From Candidatus Poribacteria bacterium (GTDB lineage: Bacteria; Poribacteria; WGA-4E; WGA-3G): a DNA stretch of 64,000 bases. Where the stretch lies: assembly GCA_965197475.1 (NCBI GenBank), contig CBDANF010000002.1:736001-800000 (forward strand), given 5' to 3'. Below, one piece after another: positions 50,813 to 59,760 of this stretch. The translations under genes and the position numbers were made by a program. Within the stretch, counting starts at the first letter, position 1. Each line of letters opens with the position of its first letter. Below the pieces are notes generated by a model, which was not told where the DNA came from, searched no databases, and saw only the letters and a list, made by a program, of their open reading frames with translations.

Positions 50813-50951
50813 GCTCCGGATAAGGGGCAGAGTCCGTTTTGATATGCTCTACCAACTGAGCTATAGCAAGTTTATGCATCACACAAACCTACCAGCAGGA
50901 CTTGAACCTGCGACCACATCATTATGATAACACACTCAATCGACCCGGAGC
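50813..50951 (-). ncRNA. yrlA: YrlA-class Y RNA (tRNA mimic), copy 2
   Basis: GCUCCGGGU-C-GA...CUUAUCCGGAGC terminal stem enclosing a T arm GCAGGUUCAAGUCCUGC, a closed acceptor-like hairpin, then a D arm UAGCUCAGUUGGUAGAGC (permuted order). Confidence 0.9.
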
Positions 50952-50970
50952 AGTGATGGATTATCTATAA

Positions 50971-51206
50971 TAGGGCTTACGCAATTTTTCGCGTTTTTTC
51001 AAAATTATGACTAAAATGGTGCAATTTCAGCAGAATTCTGAGTTCGTAGCGCGCTTACATGAAGATTAATTTATTATTTCGGTAATTCTAATTATCCCAA
51101 ACCCTGTAGGCGCGCTTTGTAAGCGCGCCTAACTTCTCAGCAGAAATTACCGAATTTATTTTTTAATCTTCATCAAAGCGCGCCTACGGGTTTTGCGTAA
51201 GTCCTG
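50971..51206. repeat. ~121-bp MITE-like element, copy 4, carrying a nested 115-bp element (51059-51173)
   Basis: TAGGGCTTACGCA / TGCGTAAGTCCTG; inner TIR ATGAAGATTAA..TTCGGTAATT splits the REP GCGCGCTTAC|AAAGCGCGCCTAC. Confidence 0.7.
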
Positions 51207-51323
51207 TTAAGAAAAAAATTGCTGCATTTCTCTTGTGGGAGGGCTTTGTCCGCCCGATTTTGTTAAATTCAACCCGTTAAACCGGGGTTGAAAACCCGCT
51301 GAATACCATACGCGCATTCGGAG

Positions 51324-51358
51324 TTAGGTTGGGTTTCGCATGCGAAACCCAACCTATA
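51324..51358. repeat. REP-like palindrome (family also at ~404, 42547, 53455)
   Basis: TAGGTTGGGTTTCGCATGCGAAACCCAACCTA perfect palindrome. Confidence 0.7.
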
Positions 51359-51361
51359 GAA

Positions 51362-52018
51362 CTACTCAGACTTGCGTTCTAAAGCAATTTTCTGATTAGC
51401 TTCGGATAATGTTAACGCATCTCCTTCAAGACTCCACGTGTATTCAGTACCCTCTTTAAACAGAGCACCCGAAACCGTTGGACTAAACCCTTTTTTGGTT
51501 TCTTCTGCCATATCGTTTTGCAATTGCTCTACTGTGTTGCCTTGAATTTGTTGTTCCCAAACCTCTTTTGGTTCAAGTGTTACAACCACATCTACGTTCA
51601 AATCATGATTCGTAATTGTCAAGGTTGAATCATCTGCGGTATACGTCCCTTCTGATGCGATTGTAATCTCCTGCGTCATTGAAGAAACAGGTTCAGTATA
51701 TTTCTCGGTGAGTATGAACCCCAAAGCACCTGTAAACGAACCGTCGGCATTGAAAACCCAACTGTTTGCACCTAGCATGAATTCCGTTTCAAATTCTGGT
51801 GCTGGATCCTGTGGTTTGAAAAGGTCTTCAAACATTGCACCGTTGATAGTTGCAACCTGCCAAGTCGTGTCAACGAAGTCGAACATAACTTCATCAGGAT
51901 CATCTTTATCAGGATCATCTTTATCAGGATCATCCTCTTTATCAGCACCGCAACCGATGAGGGAAACAAAGAACAGTGCTGTAGCAAAAATAAGCATAAG
52001 CTTAAAAATCGGTTTCAT
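51362..52018 (-). CDS. Lipoprotein, lipocalin-like beta fold, with 15-nt DDPDK tandem repeat
   Basis: Lipobox LIGC, DTTWQV, FNADGSF, GTY, WSLEGDALTL; ATG 52018 with AAGGA SD. Confidence 0.75.
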   Translation of the reverse strand: MKPIFKLMLIFATALFFVSLIGCGADKEDDPDKDDPDKDDPDEVMFDFVDTTWQVATINGAMFEDLFKPQDPAPEFETEFMLGANSWVFNADGSFTGALGFILTEKYTEPVSSMTQEITIASEGTYTADDSTLTITNHDLNVDVVVTLEPKEVWEQQIQGNTVEQLQNDMAEETKKGFSPTVSGALFKEGTEYTWSLEGDALTLSEANQKIALERKSE

Positions 52019-52074
52019 AACGAAATCCTTTCCAATAAATTTGGATTTAGAAAAATTGAATGATATTGTATCAT

Positions 52075-53021
52075 GAGGGTATTGGTTAAATAATGATGCG
52101 GTAATTAGTGGGTACCCTCTGAACCACTCTGCATCACATTTCAATTAGAGTAGAGTTAATGATAACACTTATGACAAAAATTGTCAATCAAAATCAAACT
52201 AATAAACTGATTTTGATTGACAGATGTATCTAAAACCTATATCCTTATTGAAAACAAACTCGCTGCTCTATAGAGGACACCATGAAGAATTGCCCAAGAT
52301 GTCAACACACTCACTTCGTCAAAAACGGGTTCGTCAAAACTAAACAACGCTATAAATGCAAAAACTGCGGTTATCAATGGACGCGCACAACACCCCGGGG
52401 GAAACCACAAGCACAGAAAACTCTCGCCGTTCTCTTATATTGCCACGGCATCTCAATGAATGCTATCTCAAAACTTGTCGGATGCCACGTAACAACTGTG
52501 CTTCAATGGATACGCACCTTTGCTAAAAAACAGGCACCGAAACAAACACTCACACCCGGCACCACCGCCTGCTTGGAACTTGATGAGATGTGGCACTATA
52601 TTGGGAACAAGAAAAACAAACTCTGGATATGGAAGGCACTTGACAGAAACACAGGATACCTCATTGACTGGGAATGTGGTGGGCGTGATAAACAAACCCT
52701 TGAAAAACTCACGGCAAGGCTCTCAACCCTCAATGCTAAGATATATTACACAGACAAATGGCAGGTCTATGAGTCGGTCCTACCTGCCGTAAAACATGTT
52801 CAGGATAAAGCGGAGACGCATCGCATTGAACGCAACAATGGTCGGATGCGCCACTGGTTCGGACGCTTCAAGCGCAAGTCCATTATTGTTTCCAAAAGCA
52901 TAGAAATGGTGGATTTGACGATTGCTTTGTTCGCACGATTTCGTGTCAATGGCAACGTGTTTGACATTTTAAAACTCGACGGAATAGAAAACATGAATAT
53001 CATTATTTAACCAATACTCTC
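52075..53021 (+). mobile_element. IS1-family element with single-ORF transposase (52282-53010)
   Basis: CPRC..QRYKCKNC zinc finger, HTH, ELDEMW, YTDKW, IERNN..RH; 23-bp TIR GAG(G/A)GTATTGGTTAAATAATGAT; no TSD. Confidence 0.9.
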
Positions 53022-53082
53022 CTTAATTTTTACAAACAACAATTTAATCTGTTGCGTAAGTCGAGTTTAATTTTCACATAGC

Positions 53083-53160
53083 AGCAGGCAAGGCATGTAT
53101 TACATAGGCGCATATTACTGCGACACTAACGTGAATGGTAAAGTAATACTTCGGCCCGCT
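53083..53160 (-). ncRNA. Short Y RNA, copy 1
   Basis: AGCGGGC-C-GAAGUAUUAC...GUAAUACAUGCCUUGCCUGCU; 5' 16 nt GCGGGCCGAAGUAUU-like match to copy 2, with a compensated upper helix. Confidence 0.75.
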
Positions 53161-53167
53161 AAAGACT

Positions 53168-53289
53168 ACTCTGGATAAGAATTGGAATACAAGCTCTACC
53201 GCTGAGCTACAGCAAGGTTTCGCATTACACCCGACCTGCTGGCAGGAGTCGAACCTGCGACCCGATAACGCATTCACACGATCCAGAGT
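53168..53289 (-). ncRNA. yrlA: YrlA-class Y RNA (tRNA mimic), copy 1
   Basis: ACUCUGGAU-C-G...CUUAUCCAGAGU stem; GUUAUC; T arm GCAGGUUCGACUCCUGC; CAGCAGG/CUUGCUG closed acceptor; D arm UAGCUCAGCGGUAGAGC. Confidence 0.88.
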
Positions 53290-53309
53290 TAAGTTTGTTA
53301 CGACTAAAA

Positions 53310-53337
53310 TGGCTGCTTCTGTCGGAATTGAACCGAC
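53310..53337 (-). other. tRNA 3'-half-like element (T arm + 7 nt + G + CCA)
   Basis: GUCGG-UUCAAUU-CCGAC-AGAAGCA-G-CCA; no pairing 5' acceptor strand between it and the promoter. Confidence 0.55.
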
Positions 53338-53373
53338 TTTAGCAAAGTATGCCCATTTCGCAAATAGTGATAT

Positions 53374-53403
53374 ATTATATCATGTTCATGGACATGCTGT
53401 CAA
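53374..53403 (-). promoter_or_regulatory. Consensus sigma70 promoter driving the Y RNA cluster
   Basis: TTGACA-N18-TATAAT with TGn extension on the minus strand; overlapped by two palindromes. Confidence 0.75.
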
Positions 53404-53461
53404 ATTAATTGAACGCTAATACACTAAATTATGACCACTTCTTATAGTCGTAGTAAACCCA

Positions 53462-53982
53462 ACCTACGTGGTGCCACCGATTTGATCTAATTTTCTCAGA
53501 CAACCAAGCCCATCCTAATTGTATTGGGCACGATTCCAGCCACCAACGTAGACTTTACCACTGTGGACATAGATACATAAACCTCGCGTACCCCCACCTT
53601 CTTGAAATATCACCTGCTTCTGATTTTTACTGATGTCACTACACTTGAGAAATGCTGCCACAGTTCGGTTAGTATACGGCCCCTGTGTTGATATGGGGGG
53701 AATCAGGAATATTTACAGCATCGTTTTGGCCATCAAACTGCAATGCCTTGTCAACGATACCTTTAATGGATTTAGGATTTCCAACAAAATTACCATTTAA
53801 TCCGTTTCTTGAGGTGTCTTTGGCACTTCCATCATCAAAAATCCAGTTTCCAGCAACCGTTGTTTCGTCGCTTTGCGCTTCCACCCGCATAGTGGGTAAA
53901 AAAGTAAATGCCAACAAAATAATGCATAATAATGGTAGTACGGGAACTTGTGAAGTGTATCTTTGCTCAATGCTTGAATCAT
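53462..53982 (-). pseudogene. LamG-like protein pseudogene
   Basis: WIFDDG..ALQFDG..INTG / GPYTNRTVAAF..QEGG.TRGL.IYV..GGWNRAQYN*DG / RWHHV across frameshifts; truncated at a REP. Confidence 0.75.
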
Positions 53983-54194
53983 TACTAATCTCCTTTGGAA
54001 TTTCTACTTCCTGTGTTCCGGAGGCTATTTTCTTGAGACAGATATCCTTAAAGTATTAGGTATTATGCCAAATTATGCCAAATTAGCGAAATTTAATCAA
54101 TTGATTGTTTTCGTTCGGCAAATTAATCTTACTTGACAAAAAAACGGATATCCGTTATACTAACATTATAGGATTTCTCAGTATAGGGGGATTG

Positions 54195-56648
54195 ATGCGA
54201 TATAAAGGCTTAGCGTTAGATCGGTTTCAAAAGGAAGCAATTGAAGCGATTAATCTTGAAAACTCAGTAATTGTTACAGCCCCCACGGGTGCCGGAAAAA
54301 CCGTGATTGCTGAATATGCTGTTGAAAAATGCCTCCAGACAAACAAACGCGTTATCTATACCGCACCGATTAAAGCCCTTAGCAATCAAAAATATAGAGA
54401 TTTTCAATCCGAAAATGGTGATAAAATCGGGATTGTCACTGGCGATGTGGTCTTAAATCCTTATGCACAGGTACTATTGATGACCACCGAGATCTTCCGA
54501 AATACAATCTTTGATGATATAGAAAGACTACAAGATGTTTCTTATGTCGTCTTTGACGAAATCCACTATATCAACGATATTGAACGCGGTACTGTCTGGG
54601 AAGAAAGCATCATCTTTGCACCGCAACATATCAAATTTGTCTGTCTAAGTGCAACAATTCCGAATATTAGCTCATTTGCAGAATGGATGCAAAGTGTCCG
54701 AGAAATTGACCTCAAAATTGTTGAAGAGTTAGAAAGACCTGTGCCGTTAGAACATCACATCTATTTCCCAGGCTTTGGAATAGGTAAATTGGAACATCTT
54801 AATAATCTTCAACAAAAAACAAAGCGGCAAACACGAAATAAGGATAAAACAAAAAGGAAATACAATAAATTATCAGATCAAAAGCGGCAAGAAGATACGA
54901 ATGACGGCACCCCTACTAAACCGAAAGGCATAATAGATACCAAACTAATTCCTTACCTCAACGAAAACAAACGTCTCCCATGTCTCTATTTCTGTTTCAG
55001 TCGAAAAAGATGTGAAAGCAACGCCCATTATCATGCATCTTCAGGACAACACGAATTACTTGACACAGAGAAACAGGAACAGATTTTAGAGAAATTTGAC
55101 GCGCTTTGTATTCAATTTGATATTGTTGAAGAGAAAGTAATTACAGATTTTCGTCAATTAATCGCTTGTGGCATAGCCTATCATCACGCGGGCATGCTCC
55201 CTACACTTAAAGAAGTTGTTGAACGTTTGTTTACTTCAGGATTAATTCAACTCCTATTTACTACTGAGACGTTCGCAGTCGGAATCAACATGCCTGCATG
55301 TACAGTCGTGTTTGATAGCCTTGAAAAATTTGACGGTGTCGGTTTCCGTTATCTTAAGGCACGGGAATATCACCAGATGGCGGGGCGAGCAGGTAGACGC
55401 GGGATTGATACCGTAGGCTATGTGTACGCTCAAGTTGATCCGGAATATGCAATACATGACGATGTTAGCAGAACTATTTCCAACACCATTGAACCGATCA
55501 CCAGCCAGTTCAACCTCTCATATTCCAGTATACTCAATCTATATGAGAAATATGGCGATGACATTTACGATGTCTACACAATGAGTTTGAGCAACCACCA
55601 GAATTATAAGCGTATTGCTGATCTCAACAAACAGATTACCCTTCTTGATGAAAAACGTGAATCTCTACCCCTTCCCATCTGTATCCACGACAATATTGAG
55701 GGTATGAAACAGATTGAGAGTTATTACCGACTTAAGCGGGCAAATGGAAAGGAGCATGAAAGATTACAGTTGGAATTAGCGTCTCTCAAATCTCGGATCT
55801 CACGAGGAAAATCGAAAAATAAGGAACAAAAGAAAAAGTTGACACCGATTTACAATCAGATGAAAAATCTTGATCGGCAACTCTCAAAAAATCTTTGCCA
55901 TGGGTGCCACGAACGAAAGCAATGCACCAATAGATATCAGGCAATTCGTAAACAGGAACAGTATATTCAAAATATAAAGCAAAAACAGACACACATTAAG
56001 AGTTATCAGCAAGATCAGATAACGGCTCGTCTTAGCGTGCTTGAGGCACTTGGGTATATTGAAGGGCAGACACTCCTCCCGCGTGGAAACACTGCCTCAC
56101 ATATCTATGGATACGAACTCCAACTGACTCAACTGCTCTTTAGAGGGTTTTTTGAACGGTTGACTGAGGATGAAATCAACTGTCTCATGGTAGCAATTGT
56201 GTCTGAACCTCGTAAAGACGGCTATTTTAAAAAAGTAAAGGATAAAAGATTACTATCTATTCTGGGCGCGGCTTGGGACGAAATTTTAGACATCCAAAGA
56301 GTAGAAAACCAACTTAATGTATCCGAAATTATACCAATGTTAGAACTTCGTTTGTGCTCCGCGATGCTTGCTTGGAGCCGTGGTTGTGAATTTGATAAGT
56401 TGACTGAATACGCAGCACTTGATCCGGGAGATTTTGTCAGAACCTTCCGGCTTGTGATTGACCAACTTCGTCAAATCCGGCGCACCATGGCAGGACACAC
56501 TGCTCTCACAGATAAACTGAATCGTTGTATCGGTAAAATTAATCGTGATGTTGTTGATGCTGAACGCCAACTGCGAATCGGACAGGAAGAACCGTTTGAA
56601 GAGGAAGAGGACACAGTAAACACTGCTCCACGTGAGTATAGTCCGTAG
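54195..56648 (+). CDS. Ski2/HelY-like DEAD/DEAH RNA helicase with DSHCT domain
   Basis: APTGAGKT, PIKALSNQK, DEIH, LSAT, HHAGMLP, QMAGRAGRRG, GDFVR..DQLRQI. Confidence 0.92.
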   Translation: MRYKGLALDRFQKEAIEAINLENSVIVTAPTGAGKTVIAEYAVEKCLQTNKRVIYTAPIKALSNQKYRDFQSENGDKIGIVTGDVVLNPYAQVLLMTTEIFRNTIFDDIERLQDVSYVVFDEIHYINDIERGTVWEESIIFAPQHIKFVCLSATIPNISSFAEWMQSVREIDLKIVEELERPVPLEHHIYFPGFGIGKLEHLNNLQQKTKRQTRNKDKTKRKYNKLSDQKRQEDTNDGTPTKPKGIIDTKLIPYLNENKRLPCLYFCFSRKRCESNAHYHASSGQHELLDTEKQEQILEKFDALCIQFDIVEEKVITDFRQLIACGIAYHHAGMLPTLKEVVERLFTSGLIQLLFTTETFAVGINMPACTVVFDSLEKFDGVGFRYLKAREYHQMAGRAGRRGIDTVGYVYAQVDPEYAIHDDVSRTISNTIEPITSQFNLSYSSILNLYEKYGDDIYDVYTMSLSNHQNYKRIADLNKQITLLDEKRESLPLPICIHDNIEGMKQIESYYRLKRANGKEHERLQLELASLKSRISRGKSKNKEQKKKLTPIYNQMKNLDRQLSKNLCHGCHERKQCTNRYQAIRKQEQYIQNIKQKQTHIKSYQQDQITARLSVLEALGYIEGQTLLPRGNTASHIYGYELQLTQLLFRGFFERLTEDEINCLMVAIVSEPRKDGYFKKVKDKRLLSILGAAWDEILDIQRVENQLNVSEIIPMLELRLCSAMLAWSRGCEFDKLTEYAALDPGDFVRTFRLVIDQLRQIRRTMAGHTALTDKLNRCIGKINRDVVDAERQLRIGQEEPFEEEEDTVNTAPREYSP

Positions 56649-56708
56649 GTTGGGATAATCAAGTATCCTTGCAACACTCGCTCATTTATACAAAATGAAG
56701 GAGAGAAA

Positions 56709-57239
56709 ATGGAAAATAAAGACTTTGACCTGAGAGGAAAACTTAAAGTTCGATCGGCTAAAGAAGACGATGCCAATCATTTACAAACATATTGCTTCCC
56801 TGAGAAAACTAAAGAGGAGGTAGTTGACGACTTGAAAGCCGATTTGGCTGCAGAAAGTCAAACGACCCGTCTCGTTGCTGATGCCAGTGGTTATGCTGTC
56901 GGACACATCACGGTGAGACAACATCCACTGAATGATGAGGTAGGGCAAATTAGCGATTTGGCTGTCTCCGGACCCTTTCGACTGTTAGGCGTTGCAGACC
57001 ATCTTATTCAAGCTGCCGAGGTAGCTGCCACTGAAAATGGTTTGAAAATTCTTGAAATTGAACTCGCCCCCTCAGATGCCCCCATCATACAGAGATATAA
57101 GGATTGGGGGTTCACAGAAAAACCGATCATCACGCTCCAAAAAAACCTCAACACTGAAGATGCGGACGAGGCTGAGGAAGAAGACGAGAAACCTCAGACA
57201 AATGAGGCAGTTGCAGAACAGCAGGAGCTCTTGAAATAA
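56709..57239 (+). CDS. GNAT-family acetyltransferase
   Basis: LAVSGPFRLLGVA..L, YKDWGF. Confidence 0.75.
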   Translation: MENKDFDLRGKLKVRSAKEDDANHLQTYCFPEKTKEEVVDDLKADLAAESQTTRLVADASGYAVGHITVRQHPLNDEVGQISDLAVSGPFRLLGVADHLIQAAEVAATENGLKILEIELAPSDAPIIQRYKDWGFTEKPIITLQKNLNTEDADEAEEEDEKPQTNEAVAEQQELLK

Positions 57240-57311
57240 ACAGACTGCTTGAGGACGGTTTCCTATACGCTACATGTGCAAATTTCAAATGGATTACATG
57301 GGTAACGGATT

Positions 57312-58199
57312 ATGAAAAAATTTTGTCTTATTTTTGGACTTGCTTTATTTGTAATTGGATGCGGTAACCACAACGAATATCTCGCCAAAGGCAAAGAATT
57401 AATAAAATCCGATAAACGACGGAAAGAAGAACGCGCTGTCCGTGAATTTAAACTTGCAATTGAACAGGAGAATGATAATGCTGAAGCACATTATCTACTC
57501 GGATTTTACAATTCGCAAGAGTTCTACGAAGTCAGCCAACCTGAGTGGGGTCAGGCATCAATCGCTAACAGAGGACAGCATATGTTCAAAGCGTATCAAG
57601 AAGATCCTCGTGAATACCTTGAAATTTTGATTTTTGATACGCTCCGAGACGATGACGTGAATGTACAAAACGCTACGCTGGAGGCACTTACTTTAATTTA
57701 CCAAAAAGGCGATCGTAAACAACTTCTCAAGCAACTACAAAAAGCGATTAAGTCCAAAGATAACCGAGACAGACACGACGCACATTGGGTCATGGCGAAC
57801 ATCGGTAAATCCCATCCAATGACCATGGTGCCGATTTTGATTGAACTGCTAAATCACAATCAGATGGGTACCCGTTTGAACGCTGTAAAAGCACTCGGTG
57901 AGATAGGGAGTGAAGAAGCAATTCCTGTTCTCGCTACCCTGATTGAATCCGGTTCTGCAAAACGCAAAAGTGATCGTGAGGTGCCTGAAGTGCGTCAGTT
58001 GGCTGTCGCAGCACTCGGAAAAATTGGAGGCAAAGCAGTTCCTGAACTTGTCAAAATTACCCAAAACAAAGGGTCTTCTCTGCGAGTTGATGCAATTCGT
58101 GCCCTATCCACGCTCGGAGATGAGAAAGCTGTTCAACCTCTTTTAGATGCATTGAAAGAGAAAAGTAGCAGGGAAGTTGTCGTGGAGTTAAGAAATTAG
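57312..58199 (+). CDS. TPR + HEAT-repeat lipoprotein
   Basis: Lipobox VIGC; AEAHYLLG; R..AVKALGEIG repeats. Confidence 0.8.
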   Translation: MKKFCLIFGLALFVIGCGNHNEYLAKGKELIKSDKRRKEERAVREFKLAIEQENDNAEAHYLLGFYNSQEFYEVSQPEWGQASIANRGQHMFKAYQEDPREYLEILIFDTLRDDDVNVQNATLEALTLIYQKGDRKQLLKQLQKAIKSKDNRDRHDAHWVMANIGKSHPMTMVPILIELLNHNQMGTRLNAVKALGEIGSEEAIPVLATLIESGSAKRKSDREVPEVRQLAVAALGKIGGKAVPELVKITQNKGSSLRVDAIRALSTLGDEKAVQPLLDALKEKSSREVVVELRN

Positions 58200-58267
58200 A
58201 ACCGATTTCATCAGTTAGGCATGGGTGGAAAGTACCACTATTCTTCGGATGATTGAAAGGAACGCGG

Positions 58268-59692
58268 ATGTTTAGAAATATATTCATAATATTCATTTTT
58301 GCCACTGTAGCCTTTGCGTTTGGATGTGACAACCACTATTGCGATGAACACCTGCAAATGGAAGTACAACAACTTGACAAGGACCTCGAAAATCGATGGT
58401 CTACAAATGGAGTCGTTGTCAACTCTATTAAACCGAACGGTCCTGCAGATAAAGCAGATCTCTCACAAGGAGAACTCATTTCTTACGTAATTGGTGAGTA
58501 CCCTATTCAGAATTCTCAGGATTTCACGCGTGCAGTCAAAAAAGCTATGGCTGATGACAATAACATGTTGTTGTTCCTCAAAGGCAAACAACCCATCCGT
58601 ATTGCAACGCGAAAAACTGGAGACAAGGTCGGTTTAGAGGTTGAAGGTAACGACACCGTTCGTATCAATAAAATTATGCCTGGTACCCCCGCTGCAAATA
58701 GTGACGCTATTCAGATTGGTGATGTTGTTGAGAAGATTGTTGATGAGCGAAAAATCTACAGTTTAGGTGACTACAAGAAAACTGTCAATGAGTTTGCAAA
58801 ATTGAATGTTGATTTGACCGTCAGGACTACAGAACTCATCGGTGTGAAAATTGCGGCTGTCACCGCACTCGGTAATTTAGGTGATGCTCGTGCTGTTGAA
58901 TCTTTGATAGAAATCCTCAAAAACAATCGCGAACTTTCACTCCGAAAAGCTGCAGCGCGAAGTTTAGAACGGCTTGCTGCTTTGAACGAACTCAATCCAC
59001 TCTTTCAAAAGTTTCAACAGGAAGATGTGAATCAACTTCCCGCGGACACGCTTGATAGTCAACAGCGAGAATCTGCAGAAATCCTCGGGTTGCTCTTCGT
59101 TGACCTTGCTGTAAATACGGCAACGCTTGAAGCACCATTCGGCATCCAATTCCGGCACCGTTCGGAAGCACTACATCAGAAAGTCAATGAAGGACAACTT
59201 GTTGAACTTGCCGAACAATATATCCAAATTACCACTGAGCCAGATCAGGAAATTCGCCGTGCATGCCTCTCCATTCTTGGTACTCTTAAGCCTATCTCTG
59301 CGATTCAATCTCTCATCAAGGTACTCATAGACCAAAATGAAATTCCGGGCATACGTTTCCAAGCGGGTTTAGCACTTAGCCGCATTGGTGAATCTGCTGC
59401 CGATGCGCTCATCGCTGCATTCAATGAAGGTGATACCACTGCGCAAGACATCGCTGCTTCAGCCCTCGGCAGTATCGGTGGAACACAGACACGCGACTTT
59501 TTGATTAGTGCCTTAGAAACCACTGACGATCCCGCGATACAATTAACGCTCGTGGACGCAATTGCAAAAATTGGGGATGAACTTTCACTCAGTGCCCTCG
59601 AACGCCAGCGACAACGTTTTCAAGAAGATGATTCCGCCATCCGTATCTTTCTTGATGAGGTCTTTAGCAGCTTGACGACTCCCTCTCAGTAG
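58268..59692 (+). CDS. PDZ + HEAT-repeat lipoprotein
   Basis: Lipobox AFGC; two PDZ-like units (NGPADKADL, GTPAANS..IGD); ALGNLGD and ALGSIGG HEAT repeats. Confidence 0.8.
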   Translation: MFRNIFIIFIFATVAFAFGCDNHYCDEHLQMEVQQLDKDLENRWSTNGVVVNSIKPNGPADKADLSQGELISYVIGEYPIQNSQDFTRAVKKAMADDNNMLLFLKGKQPIRIATRKTGDKVGLEVEGNDTVRINKIMPGTPAANSDAIQIGDVVEKIVDERKIYSLGDYKKTVNEFAKLNVDLTVRTTELIGVKIAAVTALGNLGDARAVESLIEILKNNRELSLRKAAARSLERLAALNELNPLFQKFQQEDVNQLPADTLDSQQRESAEILGLLFVDLAVNTATLEAPFGIQFRHRSEALHQKVNEGQLVELAEQYIQITTEPDQEIRRACLSILGTLKPISAIQSLIKVLIDQNEIPGIRFQAGLALSRIGESAADALIAAFNEGDTTAQDIAASALGSIGGTQTRDFLISALETTDDPAIQLTLVDAIAKIGDELSLSALERQRQRFQEDDSAIRIFLDEVFSSLTTPSQ

Positions 59693-59760
59693 ACATTAGT
59701 TTTACTGTTAACTAAAAGTCTCGGGTTTTCAGGAATACGCTGCAAGTTCGCATACATAAG

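Noticed and set aside
50846-50911. tRNA gene (D and T arms visible; same at 53193-53258)
   Set aside because: The T arm precedes the D arm, the acceptor stem is closed by a loop and there is no anticodon loop. This fits YrlA, not a tRNA.
51892-51944. 15-nt tandem repeat as a phase-variation switch
   Set aside because: The unit is a multiple of 3 and encodes a DDPDK linker after the lipobox, so it gives length variation only.
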